This document shows positions 20,223 to 30,100 of a DNA stretch of 64,000 nt, piece after piece. A program made the translations under genes and the position numbers. Where the stretch lies: contig CAYOLO010000001.1 in assembly GCA_964404855.1 (NCBI GenBank), positions 443,009 to 507,008 of the forward strand, given 5' to 3'. Within the stretch, counting starts at the first letter, position 1. Each line of letters begins with the position of its first letter. Below the pieces are notes generated by a model, which worked only from the letters and a program-made list of their open reading frames with translations, did no database searches and had not been told where the DNA came from. The DNA comes from an uncultured Gammaproteobacteria bacterium (GTDB taxonomy: Bacteria; Patescibacteriota; Microgenomatia; CAYQLK01).

Positions 20223-21056
20223 ATGCCTGTACTTCTAGACGAAGGCAAAGACAGGATCATTGTCGCGCTTGATACTCAAAAGGTCCCCGAAGTTTCCCGT
20301 TTGGTTCAACTGCTTGCGCCCCATGTGGGGATGTTCAAGGCAGGCTTCGAGTTGACCAACGCGGTTGGAACCGCAAGGGCTCTACGGGCGATCAAGGTAA
20401 ACGGCGGGAAGGATTTCGCGGATGTCAAATTCCACGATATTCCCCCAACCGTTCTCAAGGCTGTTCAGGCAGTGGCGGGCTTCGGTCCTCATTTTCTGAA
20501 CATGCATATTCAGTCAGGTGATGCGGCGATGCAGGGTGCGGTTGCTCAAAAGGGCAACAGCTTACTGCTTGGCGTGTCAATTCTGACCTCTCTCGACCCT
20601 CAAGAGGTTCTTGAGATGTTTGTCGAGCCGTTTATTGCAATGACAGGACACGACTACGAGTACGGTCAGGCCATGGCAACAGACAGCGAAGACGCGGAAC
20701 TCGCCAAGCACGCTGTAGAGTTGCGTACTGAGTACATGAACAGGTTGGTTTTGGGCCTTGCTGAGAAAGCAGCCCGAAACGGTCTCGACGGCCTCATCTG
20801 TTCACCGCTCGAGCTCAGGTATCTCAAAGAACACGGCTCGGAAGCAGTGCATAACCTTATCAAGGTTGTGCCTGGTATCCGCATGCCGAATTCAGACGCT
20901 GACGACCAACAAAGGGTGGGAACGCCCTACCAGACAATTATTGACGGGGCAGACTACCTTGTGGTCGGGAGACCGATTCTCACTGCAGCAGATCCCGTTG
21001 CAGCTGCTCAAGCGATTGCGGCAGAGATTGACCGCGCGCTTGACGACATGGACTGA
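20223..21056 (+). CDS. pyrF: orotidine 5'-phosphate decarboxylase (long/type 2 form)
   Basis: IVALD and K..FHDIP motifs. GC ~55% island. Confidence 0.85.
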   Translation: MPVLLDEGKDRIIVALDTQKVPEVSRLVQLLAPHVGMFKAGFELTNAVGTARALRAIKVNGGKDFADVKFHDIPPTVLKAVQAVAGFGPHFLNMHIQSGDAAMQGAVAQKGNSLLLGVSILTSLDPQEVLEMFVEPFIAMTGHDYEYGQAMATDSEDAELAKHAVELRTEYMNRLVLGLAEKAARNGLDGLICSPLELRYLKEHGSEAVHNLIKVVPGIRMPNSDADDQQRVGTPYQTIIDGADYLVVGRPILTAADPVAAAQAIAAEIDRALDDMD

Positions 21057-21084
21057 AACAAGGGAGGGCAAAGTAGGTACGACA

Positions 21085-21744
21085 ATGCCAAGCGAAGAGA
21101 GAGTTGTTCGCACGATTCTCGAAAAATCAGGTGGGCTAATGATTGGGGGACACTTCGTGTTGTCCGACCAAAAGCACACTGATCGATATGTCGAGAAGAC
21201 ACGATTTTTGCGCCGCGTCGACTATCTCCAGATTCTGGCAGATATGATTGCCAAGGCGTACAGCAAAAAGAACATCGAAGTCGTGATTGCTCCCGCGGTC
21301 GGAGGTATCGGACTGGCAGCAATTGTTGCTTTTAGGATGATGCAGGCTGGTTATGGAGCAGCGGCAGAAATCCAATGGGGGTACGCTGAGCCTGTTCGCG
21401 ATAAGGACGGCGAGCTTATCCTCTACGAACTAAAGCGCGGATTCGCGCAGATGGTCGAAGGCAAAAGAGTACTGGTGGTTGAAGATGTAATCACCACAGG
21501 CAGGTCTGCTGCTCTGGTGGTCAAGGCAGTTCGAGCCAACGACGGCAACGTCGTAGGTTTGAGTGCAATCATCAACCGTGGAAGAGTAACGTCGCTTGAC
21601 GTTGGTCATCCGGGGTATTTCAAGCCTCTTCTGACCATCGACCTTCCGGTTTTTGAGCCTCAAAATTGTGAACTCTGCAAGTTCAATATCCCTGTTAATC
21701 AGGAGTTTGGACACGGAAGAGAGTTCATGCTCGGCAGGATTTAA
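21085..21744 (+). CDS. pyrE: orotate phosphoribosyltransferase
   Basis: PRTase PRPP-binding motif VLVVEDVITTGRS. Start placed at MPSEER; the longer ORF overlaps pyrF out of frame. Confidence 0.8.
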   Translation: MPSEERVVRTILEKSGGLMIGGHFVLSDQKHTDRYVEKTRFLRRVDYLQILADMIAKAYSKKNIEVVIAPAVGGIGLAAIVAFRMMQAGYGAAAEIQWGYAEPVRDKDGELILYELKRGFAQMVEGKRVLVVEDVITTGRSAALVVKAVRANDGNVVGLSAIINRGRVTSLDVGHPGYFKPLLTIDLPVFEPQNCELCKFNIPVNQEFGHGREFMLGRI

Positions 21745-21777
21745 GACCAAACAAGGTAAAAGGAGGAATTTACGAAA

Positions 21778-22062
21778 ATGGCTCAACCAAGCAGAAAAAT
21801 CGGACGAGCCACATGTGTGAGTTGCGGGTTTACTGACCTGCACTCCTTCTTTCAGCTACTACGTGGTGAGGACCCAAAATGTCCTGACTGCAAATCAACC
21901 AACGTGGCTGAAGGTGAGCCTGATCTTAGGTGTACTGGCTGTGGGCAAACTACTGTTCCGCGCAGACACCGACTGAACATGGCAGTTGCGCCTCTACGGT
22001 GCGTGGGTTGTGGATCGGATTCGTTTGAGGCTGTGCCAAAAGTGCCAGCGGGATACATTTAA
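21778..22062 (+). CDS. zinc-ribbon (multi CxxC) hypothetical protein
   Basis: Three CxxC pairs (CVSCG, CPDC, CTGCG, CVGCG). GC-rich, in the same island as pyrFE. Confidence 0.5.
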   Translation: MAQPSRKIGRATCVSCGFTDLHSFFQLLRGEDPKCPDCKSTNVAEGEPDLRCTGCGQTTVPRRHRLNMAVAPLRCVGCGSDSFEAVPKVPAGYI

Positions 22063-22102
22063 GCTCTTGGACAAAACTGAGGGCTTAAGAATAGTCAGGT
22101 AA

Positions 22103-22157
22103 CGGAGAGCGCCTGAAAAAATCGGTTGTCAAAAACCGAAAAGCTCTCCATTTTTTA
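22103..22157 (+). terminator. intrinsic terminator after pyrF-pyrE-Zn-ribbon unit
   Basis: Nested stem cggagagc...(tcggtt-gtcaaa-aaccga)...gctctcc followed by ATTTTTT. Confidence 0.5.
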
Positions 22158-22204
22158 TACCTAAAATTTGTAAATAGAGTCTATATTTGTTATTTTTGTC
22201 GCTT

Positions 22205-22768
22205 ATGGTCAAACCAGTCACAGAATTAAAAAAAGGAATTGTTTTCAGGGAAGACGGCGAATTGTGGATCGTTGAGAATTACGAACACATTAAAGTTGCC
22301 AGAGGATCGGGGACAATTAAAGTTAAAGCACAAAGTATGAGGTCTGAAGCGATTACAGAAAAATCCTTTATGACTGGAGCTAGGGTTGATATTGTTGATG
22401 TTTTCAAGAAAAAAGCCACTTATCTGTACAGAGAAGCTAATAAGTATTTTTTTATGGATACGGAAAATTTTGAGAACTACGAGATTGACGGTCAAATGAT
22501 TAGTAGTGCGAAGTTCCTAAAAGATGGAATGGAAGTACGAGTGTTAATTGATGATAGGAATGAAATCGTTGGGTTGGAATTGCCAAAAAATGAGATTTAT
22601 AAAATAACCGAAACCGCAGTTGGTGTTAAAGGAAATACGGTTTCAAACACCAACAAAAAGGCAATTCTGGAAAATGGAGTCGAAGTTAGTGTGCCTTTAT
22701 TCGTGAACACTGGGGACGTTGTAAAAATTGACACACGAACTGGTGGATATCTTGAGCGTGTAAAATAG
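22205..22768 (+). CDS. efp: elongation factor P
   Basis: MVKPVTELKKG N-terminus and the three-domain EF-P layout. Confidence 0.85.
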   Translation: MVKPVTELKKGIVFREDGELWIVENYEHIKVARGSGTIKVKAQSMRSEAITEKSFMTGARVDIVDVFKKKATYLYREANKYFFMDTENFENYEIDGQMISSAKFLKDGMEVRVLIDDRNEIVGLELPKNEIYKITETAVGVKGNTVSNTNKKAILENGVEVSVPLFVNTGDVVKIDTRTGGYLERVK

Positions 22769-22793
22769 CTTTGCGTTAAAATTAAGATTAATT

Positions 22794-23759
22794 ATGTATC
22801 CGATTTTTTATTCATTTGGAGATTTTTCTGTTTACACATGGGGAGTAATGCTGGCGATTGCGGTATTGGGAGGGGTGTTTATTTTTTGGAAATCAGCAAT
22901 TAAAGATGATTATGACCCAGAAGAAGCAATAGATATTGCTGTTGCAAGTTTGGTGGGAGGAATTTTTGGGGCAAGACTGGTTTGGATTTTGATGAACTTT
23001 GGCGATTTCGGGACGAATTTTATTAAGTGGATTTTGATTAATAGATTTTCTGGGTTGGATTTTTGGGGAGGTATTTTTGGAGCTGTTATTTTGGGAGGAT
23101 TTGTTGCCAGACGAAAAAAGTGGAAACTACTTAGAACATTGGATTTTGCTGCAGTTCCATTATATTTTGGTGCAATTTGGGTTTGGATAGGACATTTCTT
23201 TAATGGTTCGGCTTATGGTAATACGACTGATTGGACGATTGGTGTTTTGGCTCCTGGATTGGTAGGCAAGCGACACCCTGTTCAGCTATACGCAGTAGTT
23301 TTGTTTATTCTTTGTTACTTTTTTTATAAAGCCTTTGCCAAAAAAAGACGGTTTGCAGGTGCGAAAATCTTATTTAGTTTGGTGTCGGTTGCGGTGGTGA
23401 TTTTTGTAACTGATTACTTTAGGGCCGAGAGGAGCTTGAGTTTAAAGCTTATTAGTTTTACACAGCTTGAAGCGTTGGGGTCGATCTTGATTTTGGTAGT
23501 TTGGGGATATTGGGTTTCGGGTAGGAATGTTTTATCGGATTTTAAAAGTATTTTGAAATTTTTTAGAGGCATAATTGTCGGAACAGGCAATTTTTTCTTA
23601 TCGACTAGATATCGTAAGAAAATTTCGAAGAAGTTTTTTAGGTCTCCAGCAAAAATTGGCCAAAAAGCCATGAATAATAGTTTTGAATTGAAAAGCAGAA
23701 TTGTTTGGAAACTCACACACTTAAGAAGTACAAAAAAATATCGAAGTAAGAAAAAGTGA
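22794..23759 (+). CDS. lgt: prolipoprotein diacylglyceryl transferase (with Lys-rich C-terminal tail)
   Basis: Lgt N-terminal pattern FSFGDFSVYTWGVM...GGIFGARL in a multi-TM protein. Confidence 0.85.
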   Translation: MYPIFYSFGDFSVYTWGVMLAIAVLGGVFIFWKSAIKDDYDPEEAIDIAVASLVGGIFGARLVWILMNFGDFGTNFIKWILINRFSGLDFWGGIFGAVILGGFVARRKKWKLLRTLDFAAVPLYFGAIWVWIGHFFNGSAYGNTTDWTIGVLAPGLVGKRHPVQLYAVVLFILCYFFYKAFAKKRRFAGAKILFSLVSVAVVIFVTDYFRAERSLSLKLISFTQLEALGSILILVVWGYWVSGRNVLSDFKSILKFFRGIIVGTGNFFLSTRYRKKISKKFFRSPAKIGQKAMNNSFELKSRIVWKLTHLRSTKKYRSKKK

Positions 23760-24214
23760 AAAACTTTAAGTTTTTCGGAAAAGAATTTTGGTTAACGGTT
23801 TTTTTGGTAATTGGAATTGTTTTGGTGGACCGGATAAGCAAGGAGATAGTGTGGAATGAATTACGGGAACAGATTGTTTGGAATAATGGAATTAGTCTAG
23901 GTTTTTTGGCAACTAATGACTTATCGAGCAAGATAGTATTACAGATAGTTATTTGTTTAGCAGTGTTTGGGTTTTTGTATTGGTTGGTTTCGGAGTTTAA
24001 GAAAAAAGATAAAAATTACTTTGTAATATTGCCACTGGGAATGGTTGTCGCTGGTGGAGTGAGTAATTTAATTGATCGGATGCTTTGGGGAAGTGTGATG
24101 GATTTTATACCATTTTTTGATTTGTGGACGTTTAATATTGCGGATTTTTCGATTAGTGTCGGGGTGATTTTGCTACTCGTAAATAAATTAATTTATGATT
24201 TCTGGAGACGTTAA
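23756..24214 (+). CDS. lspA: lipoprotein signal peptidase II
   Basis: GGVSNLIDR and FNIADFSISVG motifs. Overlaps lgt by 4 nt. Confidence 0.85.
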   Translation: MKNFKFFGKEFWLTVFLVIGIVLVDRISKEIVWNELREQIVWNNGISLGFLATNDLSSKIVLQIVICLAVFGFLYWLVSEFKKKDKNYFVILPLGMVVAGGVSNLIDRMLWGSVMDFIPFFDLWTFNIADFSISVGVILLLVNKLIYDFWRR

Positions 24215-24965
24215 AGTTTTACATGAGGACGAGGAGTTGCTGGTTATAGAGAAGCCATTTGGTTTGGTGGTAAACCGTGCGGATTCCACAAAAACCAAAA
24301 CTCTGCAAGAAATTTTGGAAGAGTATTTTGAATACGAAGAATTTAGTGGACCAGGTAAACGAGCTGGAATTGTTCATAGGTTAGATAAAGATACGAGCGG
24401 GGTGATGCTAGTGGCAAAGTCTGAAAAGTCGATGGCAAATTTACAGTTACAGTTTAAAAATCGAGAAGTAACAAAGACATATACGGCTCTAACGCATGGT
24501 TTTACAAAGCCAGAATTTAAAGTATTACTTAGTTTGGCTAGATCGAAAGCGAATCGGCTGAGATATTCAACTAATAATGATGGCAGAGAAGCAGAAACTG
24601 GTTTTGTAACCAAAGCGTATTATCAAGTGAGCCCTGTTGAGTCGCTGACTATTAAAAAAAGATTGTCCAAGGATTTTTGGACAAGTTACGATAGATTTAG
24701 TTTAGTTGAAGCATATCCTAAGACTGGTCGTACACATCAGATACGAGTGCATTTGCATAGTGTTTTTGCACCAATTGTGAGTGATGAAATTTATGGTGGT
24801 AGAAAGTGGCTAAGGGTAGACCGCCTTTGGGCGCAGAGAATGTTCTTGCATGCCTCAAAAATTAGTTTTAAACATCCCAAGTCCGGTAAGGTGGTGGAAT
24901 TTAAGTCCGAACTGCCTAGTGAATTGAAAGGGATTTTGGAGAAATTAGTTAAGGTTGAAGTTTGA
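24195..24965 (+). CDS. RluA-family pseudouridine synthase
   Basis: Catalytic HRLDKDTSG motif. Confidence 0.85.
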   Translation: MISGDVKVLHEDEELLVIEKPFGLVVNRADSTKTKTLQEILEEYFEYEEFSGPGKRAGIVHRLDKDTSGVMLVAKSEKSMANLQLQFKNREVTKTYTALTHGFTKPEFKVLLSLARSKANRLRYSTNNDGREAETGFVTKAYYQVSPVESLTIKKRLSKDFWTSYDRFSLVEAYPKTGRTHQIRVHLHSVFAPIVSDEIYGGRKWLRVDRLWAQRMFLHASKISFKHPKSGKVVEFKSELPSELKGILEKLVKVEV

Positions 24966-25033
24966 TTTCCTAGAAACTAATAATAGAAAGAGGGTCTGCA
25001 AATAATATTTTTTGTATTTGCGGAAATTTTTAT

Positions 25034-26098
25034 ATGCAAAAACTTGGCAAGGTCAAAATAAAGAAAACATCAGAGCTGACTAAAAAAAGAAAGAGGAATC
25101 GCACGATTTTTTTTGTGGTACTGGTTTTATTTACACTAGCTTTAGTAAATGGAATTTTTAAGTTTGTTAAGTTAAGCGACTATGTATCAAGACCAATAGA
25201 TGGAACAGACAAAAAGGTCTCAGGACGGTCTTGGAGCGCAGATAGGATTATTACAGTGGCCATTGACTCAAATCCAGTAGTTATGGCGGTTTTTGACCCT
25301 TCTACGGGCAAGGTTGGGGTGATTTCTATGCCAAGAGATACGTACAGTGTCGTACCTTCGGATCTTGGATTATATCCAGTTTATTCAATTAGGGAGTTAG
25401 GGGAACTAAAAGGTGTGCCAAGTGGTGAATTGTTTGAAAATACTTTGTCTAACTTTATAAATGCGCCAGTGGAGAGATATTTGTTTTTTTCAGAGAAAGA
25501 AGTTGTTTTGGGACAAGCTAAGCACGAAATTATTGGAAAAATAAGAAATGCTTTTTCGATACAAAATTTAATTACGGCACCATTTAAGGTGAACAAAAAA
25601 GAATTGATTACAAATCTTAGCTGGTCTGAATCACTTAAGTTGTGGTGGTTTGCAAGAGGGGTGCGAAGTGATAGGTTCGAGTATTATGATCTTAGCCAAA
25701 ATGGGGTTATTTCAGAAATTATTTTAGCCGATGGTACTCAGGCATATGGAGCTGATGAGGTGGGAGTTGCGGATTTTACAAGGAAAGTTTTTACAGAAGA
25801 CAAAATATTGAAGGAGAAGTTAAAGATAGAGATTTTAAACGGAACTGATTCGCCAGGCAGGGGCAACAAAATTGCAAATATTTTGGACAATATTGGTTGT
25901 GATGTGGTTCGAGTAGGTAATTACACTGGTGAAAGACTTGAGAAAACGACAATTAATTTGAGTAAAGATAGTGAGAGCAGTTTGACGATTGAAAGGTTGG
26001 AGGAAATATTGGATGCAAAAGGGGTGAGTAGCGATTTCGCAGGTCGTGATGTTGACATCACGATTGTTCTAGGTCAAGATATTCTGAAAAGATTTTAG
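25034..26098 (+). CDS. LCP (LytR-CpsA-Psr) family protein with LytR_C domain
   Basis: N-terminal TM, an LCP core (VAIDSN...VISMPRDTY), and a C-terminal LytR_C-like segment. Confidence 0.7.
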   Translation: MQKLGKVKIKKTSELTKKRKRNRTIFFVVLVLFTLALVNGIFKFVKLSDYVSRPIDGTDKKVSGRSWSADRIITVAIDSNPVVMAVFDPSTGKVGVISMPRDTYSVVPSDLGLYPVYSIRELGELKGVPSGELFENTLSNFINAPVERYLFFSEKEVVLGQAKHEIIGKIRNAFSIQNLITAPFKVNKKELITNLSWSESLKLWWFARGVRSDRFEYYDLSQNGVISEIILADGTQAYGADEVGVADFTRKVFTEDKILKEKLKIEILNGTDSPGRGNKIANILDNIGCDVVRVGNYTGERLEKTTINLSKDSESSLTIERLEEILDAKGVSSDFAGRDVDITIVLGQDILKRF

Positions 26099-26111
26099 CT
26101 TTAATATACAT

Positions 26112-26528
26112 ATGATGTTTAGTGTTTGGATAGTTGCAGCAGTTTCAGTTTTTGTTATCTCGCTAATTGTGGCGATTGTAAGTGTTGAAAAGGAAAAGAA
26201 AGACGAACCAGAAACCGAGGATTTGCCTGATCGTGGAGATGCGACATTGCTCTCAAGGTCTATCGAGTCGCCAGTTTTAGGCCACGGTCAGGTGCGCGAG
26301 CAGGTAGCACCGCAAAACAATGTGGAAATGTTAGATGATACGAAACACACTCATAACGAAATAACCTCAGATAAATTGGTGAACGAACAATTATTGCCAG
26401 AAATTCAAAAGTTTGAAAATTTGGAAAAAGCTGATGAAGATGTCGATGAAATAATTCCTAGATATATAGAAGAAGAGATGAACGATAAGGAACAGTCAAG
26501 GAAGCTGGCTGGCGAAGTAGATCTTTAG
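26112..26528 (+). CDS. hypothetical single-pass membrane protein, acidic C-terminus
   Basis: N-terminal TM helix followed by a charged tail. Confidence 0.4.
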   Translation: MMFSVWIVAAVSVFVISLIVAIVSVEKEKKDEPETEDLPDRGDATLLSRSIESPVLGHGQVREQVAPQNNVEMLDDTKHTHNEITSDKLVNEQLLPEIQKFENLEKADEDVDEIIPRYIEEEMNDKEQSRKLAGEVDL

Positions 26529-26535
26529 ATATTTT

Positions 26536-27171
26536 TTACGCGGTAAAAGATGGGAGATTGGCCAACGATTTGGCGCGGGTTATTTCGAATAAGATAACCT
26601 GAACTTCTTTTTGGGTAACAGATTTGATACAGCATTCAAAAGTATTTCCAGCCGTAATGAGTTTAAGAAGTTTGAACGATAGATCATCAGGCAAGTTACC
26701 AACGTGTTTGTTGTCATAGGTGCAGAGTTCAATTGAGTGTTTTTTTGGGGAAATTTTGAGCTTGTCACCAGAAGCTAGTTTTGAAAGTAAATTCTGGTCA
26801 CCGATTTTGACTAAAGTAACAACCTTGGTTTTGCCTGGTTCTGAGGCTAATTTTTGAAATAATTCGCGAAAATTTTGCTTGTCTCCTTCAAGTGTTGGTG
26901 TTTTTTGGTCAGAGGATAATCGGTTGAGACGAGTAAGGTTCTTTTTGGCAATGACATTGAAACCATCAAGATCGGTAACTGATTTGTATGTTTGGCGAGA
27001 TTTGGTAATATTGCCGGTTTCAAAATATGCTCTAGCTAGCCTGTTAAGAGTTTCGATGTGATTAGGATTATTTTTTAGGATTTTCTTGTTTATCTCAATT
27101 GCCAGCTCCCAGTTATAGTCGAGTGCGGCTGAGACGGCTTGTCCTTCAAGCGTTTTATCCTCGTTAGTCAT
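26536..27171 (-). CDS. hypothetical protein with N-terminal TPR-like helical repeat
   Basis: Helical repeats in YNWELAIEINKKILKNNPNHIETLNRLARAYFETG. No catalytic motif recognised. Confidence 0.45.
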   Translation of the reverse strand: MTNEDKTLEGQAVSAALDYNWELAIEINKKILKNNPNHIETLNRLARAYFETGNITKSRQTYKSVTDLDGFNVIAKKNLTRLNRLSSDQKTPTLEGDKQNFRELFQKLASEPGKTKVVTLVKIGDQNLLSKLASGDKLKISPKKHSIELCTYDNKHVGNLPDDLSFKLLKLITAGNTFECCIKSVTQKEVQVILFEITRAKSLANLPSFTA

Positions 27172-27305
27172 TAAGAGATAGAGTATATTGAATAAAAAAT
27201 AAATGTCAATTTTTTTGAGAAACTAGCTACGAGGTTTAACTTTGACAAAAATATAATAATGAACTTTAATTTAGCACTATCTAAACAAAAAACTTATAAA
27301 TAAAA

Positions 27306-28058
27306 ATGTCCGGACACAGTAAATGGTCAACAATTAAAAGGCAAAAGGGGGCAAACGACGCCAAAAGAGGTGCGGTTTTTACCCGACTTGCTAATGCAAT
27401 TATGATTGCCGTTAAGGAAGGTGGTGGGGGAGATCCGGAATCAAATTTTCGTCTTAGGCTGGTACTTGACCAAGCAAGAGCGGCCAACTTGCCCAAGGAT
27501 AATATCTCAAGAGCTATTGATAAAGCTTTAGGTAAGGGTGGTGGACCAGCCTTGGAAAGTATAATTTATGAAGGATATGCACCCAATGCGGTAGCTATTT
27601 TAGTTGAAACAATTACCGATAATCGCAATCGAACTGCTGGTGAGGTAAAAAGTACGATTGAAAAAGCGGGAGGAAGTTTAGGTGGCCCTGGAACTACACT
27701 GTGGATGTTTGAGAAGAAGGGTGTAATTGAGGTTCAAACAGACGGTGAAGATGTTGATGAGTTTTTTTTGAAGGTGGCAGATTTTGGGGCTGACGATGTT
27801 GTTGTAATCGACAAGAACTCTGTTCAAGTTATAACCAAACAGACTGATTTGAAAAAGGTTGAAGACCAGCTAAGGGAGGATGGTTATAATGTTATTTCAG
27901 CTGATTTTGATTACGTTGCTAAGAACTCAACTCATATAGAAGATGCTGACAAGATAAAATCAGTTTTGGGTTTGATTGAAAAACTTGAGGATTTGGGAGA
28001 TGTGGTTAAAGTAAGTTCAAATTTGGACGTACCCGATTCGTTTTACGAATCTTTGTAA
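27306..28058 (+). CDS. yebC: YebC/PmpR-family transcriptional regulator
   Basis: MSGHSKWSTIKRQKG N-terminal signature. Confidence 0.9.
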   Translation: MSGHSKWSTIKRQKGANDAKRGAVFTRLANAIMIAVKEGGGGDPESNFRLRLVLDQARAANLPKDNISRAIDKALGKGGGPALESIIYEGYAPNAVAILVETITDNRNRTAGEVKSTIEKAGGSLGGPGTTLWMFEKKGVIEVQTDGEDVDEFFLKVADFGADDVVVIDKNSVQVITKQTDLKKVEDQLREDGYNVISADFDYVAKNSTHIEDADKIKSVLGLIEKLEDLGDVVKVSSNLDVPDSFYESL

Positions 28059-28077
28059 AAGGTAAGAAAAAATTTTA

Positions 28078-28623
28078 ATGCAAGATTTAATTATTGGGAT
28101 TGACCCTGGAACAGCAACAACAGGTTTTGGTGTATTGGATGTGACTTCGGGGCTGCCAAGATTAATCGAGTATGGATGTATATCTACGCCGAAAAATCTA
28201 CAGATGCCGGACAGGTTGTTAATGCTATCGATGGGATTGGATGATCTTTTTGGAAAATATATGCCCCAAGCGGTGGTTATCGAAAATTTGTTTTTTGGGG
28301 TCAATGCCAAAACAGCAATTACAGTTGGTCAGGGCAGGGGGGTGGTTTTGGTAACTGCGGCTAAATATGGCTTGCCGTGTTTTGAATATCAAGGTTTATC
28401 AATCAAAAAAGAAATTACAGGTAGTGGTAAGGCGGACAAAATAATGATTCAGGACGCGGTGGCAAAAATTCTTAATGTTAAAGCTTGGGAAAAACCAGTT
28501 CAAGGTTATTTGGATGATGCTGTTGATGCTCTGGCGATTGGGTTATTCCATTACCGTCAAATTAATCCAAATGATGAAGGTTTGGAAGTGAAAAAAGAAA
28601 AAAAGCCAAAGAAAAAGAAATGA
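28078..28623 (+). CDS. ruvC: crossover junction endodeoxyribonuclease RuvC
   Basis: IIGIDPGTATTGFGV N-terminus. Lies in the classical yebC-ruvC pair. Confidence 0.9.
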   Translation: MQDLIIGIDPGTATTGFGVLDVTSGLPRLIEYGCISTPKNLQMPDRLLMLSMGLDDLFGKYMPQAVVIENLFFGVNAKTAITVGQGRGVVLVTAAKYGLPCFEYQGLSIKKEITGSGKADKIMIQDAVAKILNVKAWEKPVQGYLDDAVDALAIGLFHYRQINPNDEGLEVKKEKKPKKKK

Positions 28624-29477
28624 GACTTTTTAAGCGAAAATCTACTAAAATCAAAAATCCAATGGCGGTTAGGACCAGTAAGGTGGGGGTTGCGGAAAAA
28701 CTTGTGATTTCAAAAAGACAGATTTTGGTCTTTTTTTCAATCTTAATGACCGGCGGTTTGACTGTGTCTTTATTGTCCGAAGGTAGAAGTTTGTATTTGC
28801 TTTCACTGCTTTTGGCTATTGCAGCAGGGCTTGTGACTGTTTGGGTTTTAAGAAAAGATTTGGCGGGTATTAAGTATTTTGTATTGCCGATTTTGCCTTT
28901 TTTCTTTACTTTTGCAATGGCGTTATTTTTTCAACTACTGCCGGAGAGGTGGTTAACGCGTTTACCATTTATGGCCGTGTATGGGGTTTCGATTTATTTA
29001 ATATTTCTTAATCAGAATGTTTACAATATTGCAGCAATTAGAACAATTGCACTACTTAGGGCAGCACACTCTGTGGGCTTACTGTTTACGCTTATATCGG
29101 TTTTTATTATCAGTAATGTCACATTCTCTCTTAGGTTTAATTTTGTGATTCTGACAGTGATTCTGACGGTTATTTGTGGGCTGATGATTTTTCAGACTCT
29201 TTGGTCTTTTGAATTGGAGGATTTGTTAACCAAAAGATTACTTAAGATGACTTTGGTACTTGGGTTAATAGTTGGACAGGTAGTACTAACTCTTTCTTTT
29301 TGGCCAGCGGAGCCGACTGTCTCTGCGATTGTGGTGACTACCGCTGTTTATGTTTTATTAGGACTAAGTCAAGCATATTATGCTGACAGGTTGTTTAGGA
29401 GAACGGCGATTGAATATATTTCGCTTGGTGTGGGAGTATTTTTGTTATTGTTTTTGACGACAAGTTGGATAGAATAG
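28620..29477 (+). CDS. hypothetical polytopic membrane protein
   Basis: About 8 predicted TM segments. Start overlaps the ruvC stop (ATGA). Confidence 0.5.
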   Translation: MRLFKRKSTKIKNPMAVRTSKVGVAEKLVISKRQILVFFSILMTGGLTVSLLSEGRSLYLLSLLLAIAAGLVTVWVLRKDLAGIKYFVLPILPFFFTFAMALFFQLLPERWLTRLPFMAVYGVSIYLIFLNQNVYNIAAIRTIALLRAAHSVGLLFTLISVFIISNVTFSLRFNFVILTVILTVICGLMIFQTLWSFELEDLLTKRLLKMTLVLGLIVGQVVLTLSFWPAEPTVSAIVVTTAVYVLLGLSQAYYADRLFRRTAIEYISLGVGVFLLLFLTTSWIE

Positions 29478-29701
29478 GGGACAAAATTTAGCTACGAATT
29501 GAAGCTATAATACGGTATCAGTTATTACCCACTAATTAAACCTATAGTATATTAAGTAATAATCAATAAAAAAGGAAAGAAAGATTAGTAAATTATTTAA
29601 TAAATATGGTAACAAAAGCCAAAAGATAAAAGTAAATAGAGGAGTAATTAAAAAAGAGAAATTAGCTTCGAGAATAGAGAAATGTGATATAGTTTGATAC
29701 A

Positions 29702-29733
29702 GTGTGAAAACTCGTGAAAATCGTCGTGAAAAC
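29702..29733. promoter_or_regulatory. three direct repeats of CGTGAAAA at 10-12 bp spacing
   Basis: Direct observation: gtgtgaaaactcgtgaaaatcgtcgtgaaaac, in an AT-rich spacer. Confidence 0.5.
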
Positions 29734-29771
29734 TTAATACCAGTCAAGGGCGGGGAGTGATAGTCATAAAA

Positions 29772-29780
29772 TGTGGATAA
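29772..29780 (-). promoter_or_regulatory. perfect DnaA-box 9-mer (TTATCCACA on minus strand)
   Basis: tgtggataa on the plus strand. Only this one perfect copy was seen in the region. Confidence 0.4.
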
Positions 29781-30075
29781 CTTAGTTTTAGTCTCATCTT
29801 TTGAGTAGCGTTAGCTAATAAGTTAGTAATGCGCACCACTCTTTTAGCTTTGAATATTTGAGAATAGCTTATTGTAATAGTCTAAATTGCGACGTTAATA
29901 CTTCATATTATATTCAGTAATATTTCATATTATAGGGTCGTTTTGGGCATAAATAGAGTGAGCGTTTTTGGGGCGGTGTAGGGCTAAATTTAGTGATCAC
30001 TTAGTAAGTGAATAGCACAAATATAGTTAACTAAATACCTAAGATAATCAGTACACCCCACTAAGGTCTAGAGCA

Positions 30076-30100
30076 GAAAAATGATATGTCGTACAATATA
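30076..30100. repeat. copy 1 of a 24-nt element AAAAATGATAYGTCGYACAATAT
   Basis: 22/24 identity with copy 2 at 30777-30803. A degenerate third echo follows (tgcgacgtaaaatat). Confidence 0.8.

Noticed and set aside
20758-21084. ORF-track N-terminal 109-aa extension of pyrE overlapping pyrF, plus six minus-strand ORFs (20666-22058) inside pyrF/pyrE
   Set aside because: GC-rich DNA produces long spurious ORFs. The extension has no homology-like features and overlaps pyrF out of frame, so the pyrE start was placed at MPSEER (21085).
29772-29780. Calling the AT-rich spacer oriC on the strength of a perfect DnaA box
   Set aside because: Only one perfect box, with no cluster of 1-mismatch boxes and no adjacent dnaA/dnaN. 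Kept only as a low-interest note.
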